Shown piece by piece: positions 38,801 to 49,026 of a stretch of DNA of 64,000 nucleotides. Every line of letters starts with the position of its first letter. Position 1 is the stretch's first letter. The stretch is from Cercozoa sp. M6MM (taxonomy: Eukaryota; Protista; Endomyxa: Ascetosporea), in the NCBI GenBank assembly GCA_040357565.1, contig JBDODJ010000019.1; one strand, written 5' to 3'. Position numbers and translations under genes: made by a program. Below the pieces are notes generated by a model, which worked only from the letters and a program-made list of their open reading frames with translations, was not told the origin of the DNA and did no database searches.

Positions 38801-40809
38801 ACGCTGCAACACCTGGCCACGCAGGTCGACAGTGTGCCTGTGTACCTGCGACTACTGACACGGATGCTACATGCACTGCGGCGTCACGTGGCACCTGACA
38901 CCGTTAGCCATAATGATGCAGTTCCCTTACTGAACGATGTCGCTGCCGAAGATGAAGAACTGCCGCACTTGGTAGTCACTCATGTCGAGACTGCCAACAA
39001 CGACGCAGCTTGCAATTTCGACAAAGTCCTCGATGAAGCTGTTTCTGCTTTGGTACAGATAAGTTTGTTTGTGTCTGTATTAGCTAAATGTCTATATAAA
39101 CTAAATGCATACTTAGGACACAAGCCAAATGGAGCAGTTCGAGGTTTCGACTGAAGAACTCGAGCGATTCAAGCAAGAACAAGCCGAAACAAACGATCAT
39201 AGCATTGATCACACCAATGAGCCTGACGATGAGGATCGAGATGTATCAGTTGCTCTGTATAAACTCAAAGCTTCGCATTCTTTTTTGTGCTCGCAGCCCA
39301 TTCCAGAGGAACAAATCGCTCTCGATATCGTTGAACGCACAAGACATGCCCTTGCTGACGGCGACAGTGGTATCATCACTTCGTGCTCTTTGTGCGCTTT
39401 TGTTTTACATTGTGAAAAATAGTTGGAGCGACTGAACGTCTGCTGGTCCAGCAAGACGCCAGTACACTGCAGCGACTTCTTGGCCGGACCGCCACGGCAG
39501 ACGATGCTCATCACGTATACCAACGCCATGTTTATTAAAACAAAATGCTATCGTATCCAGGTGACGACCTTGGCGGACAATGTGGCGCGTGAGAGATCGC
39601 TGCGTCGACGAAAGGCTGCTTTGAACGCTCTTGGCGCTGCGCTAAGATTACTCGCTGTTTGTGGTACTGTGCTTTATTTATTATAGGCCAGACAATTATA
39701 GGCCAGACAATCTAAAAATCCTTCTGTTAAGGCCAACACGAGCACTTGCTACCGGCAGTGGCGGACGTGTGGCCTCTTTTGGTCGACATTCTTGGTACTT
39801 GGACTGGGAACTTTAGTTAAGGGCTAGTAAGATTGACCTATTCTGACAGACAATGATGCACTGACGCTGCAGAGACGGAGGCCAACAAGTGCCCTGTCTT
39901 TCACTGATTTCCTGACTTTAGTCGTGCTAGGATTAACTTGTGCGTGCCAGTAGAGGAGGACAAGCAGGAACAGTTGCGAGCACGCGCTGTTTCGCTATCT
40001 GCTTTGGGTACAATTCAACTTGGGTTTCTTTCCAGGCTTGCTTGACGTTGTCTTCTCTGTGTAGGTGCTTTTTCGGTGCTCGACGTTGCTGCTTCACTTG
40101 CTGGTATGATTGATTCTCATTGTACTTTGTTGTCCCGAGCCTATCTTTTGTGGTAGGCGACTTTTTGGCGCGGAGATTTGCCACACAGCTTCTACCAGTG
40201 CTGCGGCGTCTGTTGACTGCCTTGTCGCAACACGTCGCAGTCCAACGTAACTTCTCCCCTTTAGTTTAAGTCTTTGTTTTACATTGACAAAACACAGCGG
40301 AAGAAGTGCACGAACGACTGCTGAATTTGCTATTGCGTTTCGTGCGACGATGCTGCCACGTTCCACACCTGCTTAATGGGTACACTTGCTTTGTTTTATT
40401 AAACCGGAAAACACCGTTAATATTAACCACAGCTGCGTGCATGACGTGATTTTCATGTTGCTACCTCTCCTCGACAATGCCTTGGTATCATCTAGTTTTG
40501 CTAGAGAACTGAACATCGATATGTGAGTTTGCGCAGCCTGAAACAGTCCAGCAAAATGCTGCACGTGCCTGCGCGCAGGTGGCCAAGCATGACGCCGACG
40601 CTATCTGGGCGTGCTGCGAGTTGCTCCACCAACAGTTAGGCAACGTGTTGGGTACGTCAGTCATTCCTGTCTGCCTTGTACCACACACGGTCTTGTGTTT
40701 TTGTTTTTCAACAGAGCCCGAGCTATCACAGCTTCAAGCCGAAGCGACGACCTTGCGCGGCGACATACCCATGCACACGTCGGTGCTTACGAAAGCAAGA
40801 CGGTCGTAG
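35859..40809 (+). CDS. TTI1: TELO2-interacting protein 1 homolog (HEAT/ARM), many exons
   Basis: VAHFLPGVV near the N-terminus, LLPAVADVWPLL and HDADAIW near the C-terminus of a long helical protein. Confidence 0.75.
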
Positions 40810-41492
40810 ATACGCGCTGCACGTGCGATGTAATGCTATCTGAAGGACGGAGGGTACAGGGAGCGCATTTAGTCTATCCTCTAGTCTATCCTCTCTAGTT
40901 CTAGAACTATCAGAACTGTCGCACCGCACATACCCTTCGCTTCATCATAGAGCTACAGCACATGCCCTCTTCAGTTCTAGAACTGCAGTGCGTATTGAAC
41001 ATGCTCTTGTGGCCTCGTACTCCTAATTGTCTGTGTCTCGCGTCTGACTGTGGGAGTTCTAGGGTCACAGGAAGCCCCCGCACGCATTGTTGTTTTGCAC
41101 CTCCACGGGATTGATGTTTAGAAAAATCAATCAAACACGCGATAGTTCTTGAACCAGGTGCCCAAGCGAAATAATGATTCTGGTCGCCTGGACGTGCTAA
41201 AGCTTGCACAAACAACTGAAGCGCTGTAACACACGCAGTGTGGCGATCTAAAAGCGACCCAACTCTCTATCTTTGGACGGTACAAAAGCCACAGCAAAAC
41301 GGCTGGCTACAACAGCAAGGTCGGGTCGCGGCATCCTAAGGCGCAGTTGTGTAAATCGCTGGCGTGATTGTGCTGTGGTACAGTGCTTACAGCATATGAG
41401 CATGCAGAGTTGTGCAAGCTGTGGCTTTTTTCTCTGTTGTTTTGTAAGTGTGCTCGGTGTGTGCAGACAGAGCGGGAACAGCGTCTCTCACC

Positions 41493-42437
41493 ATGGGCAA
41501 CTTCTTCATCAGCGCGATGGAAACCGTCGCCAAGAACACGCAGGTGCAGCTTTTTTTGCTTTTTGTGTGTAGTGCCGAGCATCGATGTTTGTTGTGCTTT
41601 GTGGCGTTTGTGCAGAGCGGCTTCCTTAAGGCCGTGGCGATGCGCACGATGGCGCCGCAGCAGTCGCTGCAGGACCTGCGCAAGGCCATCTGGGTAGCTC
41701 AAATTAGCTGCCTCTTCGACCCGAGTGATATCGCAAGCTTGTCATGTCCTTGCAGATCTCGCGTTTCGAGTACTGGTCGCGCCGAATGCGTGACCGACCG
41801 GTCATTCGCAACACGGTGCGTTTTTCTCGCCCTGTTTTCGCGATATGTTCTCGCGATATGTTCTCGCGATAGACGCTGATTATTTTGGTGCCGTGCAGGC
41901 CAAGCTGGAGTGGCAGCTCATCAAGAAGAACATCATCAAGAACCCGGAGCAGTGGACGCTGAACAACGCGTGGTGGGCCACCGTCGCCGGCTTCTATCTT
42001 TTCGTGCAGTTCCGCATTGGTGAGGCGCTCGGTCGCGGCAACATCTGGGGCTACGAGGTCGAGGGCTACAACAACCGCGGTCTCTACCATGCATCGACCA
42101 ACTACCACGTCGTCGGCCTGCAACCGCACCTGGTAGCCTCATGTGCCCCGTTGTGCTTTGTTTCACTTTTCCCCTCTTTGACTCCTTCCCTTTGCAGCCG
42201 TTCGCGCCCTTCATGAGCGGCGACGATCAGCTCGCCAAGATCCCGGAACTCACGGGTGAGCAGGCCGCGCGCTTCGCCTCGCGCTCCAAGCCGCGTGCTC
42301 CTGCTGCCCCGGCTGCTCCGGCCGCTGCCAAGCCGAGCGCTGCTGTTCAGGCTGCCCCTGCTGCTGCCCCGGCTGCTGCTGCCCCGGCCGACGATGGCCT
42401 GACGGGCCTCGTCAGCTCATTTGGCATCCAGCTTTAA
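41493..42437 (+). CDS. ATP20: Mitochondrial ATP synthase subunit g-like protein with extensions
   Basis: TM region ending FRIGEALGRGNIWGY matches the subunit-g F-x-(I/V)GE-x-(I/L)GR-x4-GY signature. Strong codon bias. Confidence 0.7.
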
Positions 42438-42634
42438 GTCGACACTGTTGGTTGCTCTGAGTCGCTCGCCACTTAGTCGTACTAGTGGTATTGAATGCTT
42501 GAGCGTCAGGTAGCCTAGCGTCAGGTATCGATGGCAATTAGATTCTGCCCGCCGTCGCGTCAATCAACTGTAGCTAAACGTACGGTACTCGACCGCCCAC
42601 AGTATCCGATCGTACAGTATGTGAACGATAACGC

Positions 42635-44282
42635 TCAATCAGTTACACCGTCGAGACGCCCATTGCACACACATCTCTGCGCACGTGAGCGGTGTAGTTT
42701 CACCATAAGAAAGCAACGCAACAGGAACAGAAACAGTAGTTCTAACTGAAGTTGAAGGTGTGGTACGAAATCCAAGATAGGCTGGAAGGTGCGAAGAAAG
42801 TCGTATCCGAGCAGTGTACCACGCTTCCTCACTGCACAGTCGAGAAGACCGCGGCAATGTGCGAAATCGGCGCGCAGCTGCACCCGCGGTCGTTTGACTA
42901 CGCTGCCGTTGCCGACTCGCACTTGGAAGAAGGTGTTGCCTCCCTCGCTGCAGCATCTTAATTGGTGACAACACAGCTGTTGTTGGAACAAGAAGGAAGT
43001 ACACGACAGCGTTGGAAGATATCGCGCTCACGTGAGCGCCAGTGTCGATGAGAACGTTTTCGAACCATTTCGATCGCATACCCGAGTGTTTAACCACGCG
43101 ATTTCCGGACAGACGCAACGAGACACTCGGGCGTCGCCTGTTCGATGAAAGCAGGCTTAAGCTCGTTTTCGCTTTCGCTTGGAGTTTCGCTTCGATTAAC
43201 TCGGTACACTGACACATTCGAACAGTCGGAGACACGTCTTTCGTGGGCGTTGGCACCAACTGCGCAATGTGAAACTGACCCCGAAGGAAGTTGAAGTGCG
43301 AAAGAGCAAGGAATACCACAATCCCGGCACGTTGTAAGGCGTCAACACCGACCCGCGTGGTAGCTTGGATTGATTTGACCTGAGTGGAACGGCAGCACAC
43401 CGGCATGTTGCGTAGGTGCACGATGTGGGAACTGGCAGCGCAGTGGAGGTACATGTCGACGCATACCAAATCGAGCTCAATGCGCTCATCACTACCGACA
43501 CGCATCGTCTTTTTCCCGATTGAAGGCAACTGGAGTCGCTCGCGCACTTCGTTTGATATCAGTGTGATTCGTGAGCCGGTGTCAACGCGGGCTATCGGGT
43601 CAATGACGCAATCAGCCGCAAAGGGAACGTTGCACACTTCCAGTACATCTCGAAATGCGGCTGCTCGCGAGGATTGACGCATTCCTTTTTCCCTTCGAGT
43701 TCGTTGGGAAATCGAATTACGACCACGGACGGCTTGGGATTCACAGCAAGCCTTGAGACTTACAGAGGGTGGAACAGCAGAGTCTTGGGGTTCGCAGCAG
43801 GGAACACGCGAAACAAGCTCGCGCAAGCACTTTCCGAACTGCAGTTTCCGTTTCAGACGGAAAATTTGCTCGTCGCGCGATTTTCGCTGCGAAAGCAGCA
43901 AGTCGTGCACTTGAAGCGAATCTTGCTCGCCGCAGTCAGCACTGGCGGGAGCGATAGCAACCGAAAGTTGCACAAAGTGCGCATTCTTGCTACAGCAGTA
44001 CCCGATAAGACAGGTGCGACCTGTCGTCGCGTTAGTGGGCAACTCGAATGGCTTCGAAACAGACTCTTCGTCGCTAGACGACCGGGGGCTCAACAACACT
44101 TGTTCTGATTCCTCTTTGTCGGGTCGGACGGCCTCGCTTTCCCCGACTAAATTTTGTTTTAAAGGTGAACCCCCGACTTTCGTTTTCGGCAAAGTCGGCA
44201 AAGAAGGCGCAAATCCACCTCGTAGGCCCACACGATATCTGGGGTCTATGTCGAAGCCGACTAGCTGATATAAGCTTGACAT
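42635..44282 (-). CDS. Protein with two tandem retropepsin-like (clan AA) aspartic protease domains
   Basis: ARVDTGSRITLIS...RVGVDALQR and VLIDTGAHVSAIS|...VRVGNGSVV...LLGYDFLRTF; the second domain is completed across an intron at ~42958-43002. Confidence 0.75.
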
Positions 44283-44643
44283 TGCCTGTCAAAACAGCAG
44301 CTTCAGGTTCAGTAGCAGCGAAGTTGGAGTCGAACCGTCAAGCTCCTCGCGCTAAAATTGTCGAAGCCGTTCCGGTGTAGCAGCTCGCTGCGCTAAGCTT
44401 GATTGATTTAGCTGTCGTGCACTGAAGCGATGCATTTAAAGTCCGCATAGAAAATTTGTTAAATTTCGGGTGTGACTGTGGTGTGACTGTGGTGTGATGG
44501 TGGTGCATTTGCGATTTATCTGAGATGTGCGTCTCAGATCCGCATCTAGCAACGCGCGTCAGACGCGAATCTGACGGTGTGCACCGAAAAGTACACCAGG
44601 CGCGGATTATCGAAAATGACAGAATTGAGAAATTAAAATTAAT

Positions 44644-46400
44644 TTAAAAAACAGCAGGAGAGATCAGTGCCTTCTTAGTTGCCGCGGGAGACCACTCATC
44701 GCAATCCGTTACGAGCACCCTGCTGGGGAAAGCGAATATAAAGTTATCGGTACCAGCTCGTGCTTGAGCCGGCACGTTACCGCCCTTTTGAGCTGGCCTG
44801 TCACCGTGCAGCACGACTTTCATGGTGGCATTGTCACGGAGCATGTGCTGCAAAAATGTGAGTTACAAAGAAAGGAAAGCGCTAAATCAGACTGAACCTG
44901 GTTGAAAAAAGCATTGCAGTCCTTGCCCATGCGCTCGGCAACACGAGCGGCTGCGGTGCCGTTTGGCTGCTTCTTGTCGTGCTTGGAAAATACCCCGCTG
45001 TAAAATGCGCAAAGGTTGAACAAGACATTTAGAACAGTAAGGGAACAGCTTGCGCTTATAAAGTACCCCGGAATGGTCTTTGCACCAAAAGCTTGCACGA
45101 GACTTTCGAGGTTGAAGCCAAGGTCGTCGTGTTTACAACGTGCGATTTCGCGGTAGTTCTTGCTGAAGTCGATACACAACAGTTTAATAAATCCAACTGC
45201 AACACTGGTAGATTCTTACCGGGCGAACACGTACAGGTGCACAAAAAACTGGTGAATTCGGCGGGTTGAAGCCGACGCGTCACACAATGGGTCGGAGCTG
45301 CGCCACACATCCGTCATAGTATGCACATTGTTTCTAGTTGCAGCTTACAGGTGCGCCAACACGTCTTGGATTTCGGTTAGATTGGCCGGCACGAAAAAAG
45401 GTCTGTATGTCCGCTCCCTTGGCCGATTGCGTCGACTGGGAACACTCGCACCTCCGGTAAAGACAAAATACGTTCTGGCTCGTCGTCGTCGTCATGGTCG
45501 GGGACGGTAATCGTCGTCGTCGCGGTCGCGGTGTCGCAAGCTGTGTGCAAAGGGGAGAATTGAGACAGCGCATGTAGCAACAGTGTAAACGAGGCCATGA
45601 GAGCAAAGGCAGACAAATATTACCAAGAATGCGCTGCGGCTCGTCGTCTAAATCGTCCAGGTCGTCCAGGTCGTCCAGATCGTTGAAGGGGTTGTCCTCG
45701 ACTCTCTCTTGCTCTGGTGTATTCATACTCAGTGTCTCAAGGGATGGCGTAAATTTACCGTTGTCACTTTCGAGTTCAGTGTCTCTGCCAGTGTCGACTC
45801 GCAAAGTTTCCTCTGCGTCGGGCTTCGAGGTGTAATCGAATAGAAACCGTGAAGAAATAGGAGGTGCTGCAGTACCGCGAGCGGCTTCTGTGCGACAGAC
45901 ACGTCAGCATCGTTGGTCTTGCGGCGTCGCTTCGACTGTGCAATCAACAATCCGACTTCTTGATCCCAAAAGCCAAAAAAGTGTAAGAAAAAAGAACTGC
46001 TGGGCCAGGCGCCTTCGCCTTCGCTGCTGCAGGCGCCTCCTTCGCCTTCGCTTTCTGTCGCAGAGCAGCAAAATACTCTTCACCGTTCATTCGCTGCATT
46101 GAAAGCGTCTCCGAGATGTCGCATAGCGACGTTGAAGTCGTGTTGCGATTCGACGACCGCCGCAACACGATTTTCCCTTTGGAGAGAAGAAGCAAAGCAA
46201 CTGAATCAGCTAGTCTGCAAAGTGAGCACCAATTTACGGTTCTGCAGCTGCCGTGCAGGCATCTCCAACACTGAGTTATAGGCTAAACCTCGCCTTTGCT
46301 CGCAAACGACATCCCTGTGCCTGACCACCTTGTCTGCTTCCTCGTCCACGCGTTTCGAAGCTGTAGCCGTTCCACGCACTAAAACATCTCCTCCTGATTA
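44644..46400 (-). CDS. Orphan spliced gene inside the transposon (ORF2)
   Basis: Phase-consistent exons PFFVPANLTEIQDVLAHL|SDPLC...LYVFAR|KNYREIARCKHDDLGFNLESLVQAFGAKTIPG|GVFSK...NAFFNQ|HMLRDNATMK after an acidic/low-complexity N-terminal half. 5' part not fully resolved. Confidence 0.65.
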
Positions 46401-46949
46401 GAATTTACAACGTTGACACACTTAACTGTGCTCTTTTCTCAGTGTAGCTTATGTTTCTAGTTTGTGATAGCAGATTTTTGAGTTCTCGTGCGCGGATTTG
46501 AGGAGCATCAACAGAAGAAGGTCTTAAATGGAGACGCTATATACCTTGCCTTAAAACTGTTTAAACAATCGAATAAATTGAAGGACAGCTAAGCGGGCCG
46601 GGCCTAGCCTGTCGAACCTCACGATCGCAATCCGCTTCGCGAGCATTGCCGCTCTTCCACAACCACCCGAACCAACGATGTAGCATGACTCTCACGCCCA
46701 CAGCAACCAACTACACCCACAACCCAGGGGACAAGGGCTGCTATTATATTTCCAGCGCAATCTCCGGACTTGGAGAGCGCGGTGACGTGCACCGAAACTC
46801 CGAGTGTCTAGATCCGGGCGCGCGTAGTACGGTGTGATCAACCATAGAGCGGTATGTTTATGTAGTAATTTACAATGTTTGCCGTTGGCAAACCGACTAG
46901 CCTACAACCAGCCTGATGTGAGCGAGTCGAGCATTCGCTACAGCCGTAC

Positions 46950-48435
46950 TCAGTCTCGGCGCTTCGGAAGAGCACCGATGTACTCGCCATAACCACCATC
47001 GCGCCTGTCAACAACGTCGGCGACCTTCTTGAGATGATCGATGCAGTTGCGGATCGTCTCCAGTGGAAGCTACATTCACAGCAAGCAAAGTCAAAAAATA
47101 AAAAGAAAACGGGCTACGTAATTTACTGCATGAAGTTCGCTCTTGATGGCTTTGAGGAGAGCATCTCGCGAGACGTAGGTTTGCCGAGTCACAACGTTCT
47201 TCATCTACCACGGCTAAAAATAAACGAGAAGATGAGAGTGGGAGTCTAAATTTACGCCAACTGTACCAGAGCCCAGATCAACTCAATCGGATTGAAGTCC
47301 GGACTGTACGGTGTGTTCTGAATCCATCGGCCCTGCACATGAATACAACAGCCGCTGCACTCAACAACAAGGACGAAAGAGGAAAAGTACTGGGTAATGA
47401 TCCTCGAGACATGCAACGGCGAGTGTCGCGCGATGCGCTGCCGCACCATCCTGCATAAAAACAAGCAGGTGACGGATCTCACCGTGATTCCCGTTGACCC
47501 AGTAGTCATGCAATGTCTCGACGTATGCTTGTGCTACGCGTCAGACACAACATGCACCGAGAGGAAGCACCGGTAAGAAAACTCACTGTCGACGTTCTCG
47601 CCCTTGTCGAAAAAGCGCACGTGCACCAGTCCGAGCTGCACTCAATTTCGTGACCCAGAATGACGCATAAAGGTAACACAGAGTAAAATTAGATACCTGC
47701 CAGTTGATCGCAGCCCACACGTGCACCGAGTGGGCCCCACGAATGCGACGACGATCATCGCGTAAATCGCAGCGACGACGCCAAAGCCATCGCTTGGCTT
47801 TATCGCCACCTACACGATGACTGTGGGTTCAAGACAACGATAAATATACAAACCCAGGAAAAGAACTGTCAGTGGGCCTTACCCTGGTTACGATGCTTTC
47901 GTCAGACCAGACGACCCACTCGTGCCAGTTCGGATTGAGCCGCCACATACGCTTCATCCACCGAGCAAATGTGCGGCGCAGCTTGCGCGACGCCAAGCTC
48001 AACGGAGGGCGTGCCTGAACAAAGGGGTCGAGTGGCACAGAAAAGCTCAAGAGCACCTACTGCGTCAGCGAAGGCGGCAAGGGAACGGCGGGCAGCAAAC
48101 GCACGAATCGTCATTTCAGACACTTTAATACCGTGCTCGCTACACAAAAAAGGGTAAACGGGTCAGGTAACGCGACAAAGGTAAGGGATACAGAGTCACA
48201 AATGGGTGGCACAGGACAAAAGGGTACAAGGTATAAACGGGATGATGAGAAGGCTTCATACGCATCCATAAATTCGCGTGCCGTTTTCAGCGAGGAGCCA
48301 CGTCGCTGCAGAAACAGTGTCAGCGACCGCTACACTCACCCATAACTGTGTTGTATGGACATCCGCCACAAAGCCACGCGAGAACAAACTCACCGCAACG
48401 CCTGCCGGCGCCGCCACAACCTTGCCAACTTCATT
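46950..48435 (-). CDS. DD35E transposase with at least 8 introns
   Basis: EHGIKVSEMTIR|ARPPLS...WVVWSDES|...VHVWAAINWQ|LGL...ENVD|TQAYVETL...FMQDGAAAHRA...YP|GRWIQNTPYSPDFNPIELIWAL|MKNVV...|LPLETIRNCIDHL...GGYGEY. Confidence 0.9.
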
Positions 48436-49026
48436 AACGCTTAGTTTAGCAGCTTAGCTCTTCATACTCAGCCTCAACCTTGCTTGGTGGTGGGACACAC
48501 CACAGGGCCACACCATTGAACACGCCTGGTGCGTTTGTGACTCGAATTCAAACATTTTAGTCCGACATGGCAAAGATCCGCACCCAGCCACACCACAAAC
48601 GCGCCAGGTGTGGGCCATTGATCAAAGATCATCCACACCTGGTGCGTTTTCGGTGTGGATCAACAGATCTGGGCTTGACATGAGATCAGTGGCGATCGCC
48701 CAACTTGCTCGAAACTGATTTCGAACTGAAAAAAAAACTGATAAAAACTGATTTTCTCGGTGTGTCGGCTTTTACGGGAGAATCTGAGCCACATCTGAGG
48801 GCTTAGGTGCACAATCTAACGCGTTGCTATGCTCCTTTCGGCTGCTAAGCCTCATATGAAGCTCCTGATTTTCTGGGTCGGATTGGAGGTATTTTCTATG
48901 CGGACTTTATCGGCCTCCAAAGTCAAAGGTTGAAGGCAGCGTTTTCCCATTGGTGTGATCGAAACCTCCTGCTGTTGCCCCGCTTAAACATAAGGTGGCG
49001 ATTTCCTTTGAAATGCTACCTGACAA

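Larger units (their letters stand above)
44549..48827 (-). mobile_element. IS630/Tc1/mariner-superfamily DNA transposon with two genes (ends approximate)
   Basis: TA+GCAACGCG at 44547 is inverted as CGCGTTGC+TA ending 48829. Inner imperfect inverted repeat caccgaaaa..caccagg.g.ggat.atc at 44582 and 48627-48655. DDE transposase inside. Confidence 0.7.

Noticed and set aside
44644-46400. Fanzor/TnpB in the Tc1-type element
   Set aside because: No RuvC D-E-D motifs or paired CxxC ribbon; MLRDNA resembles RDxNA only superficially.
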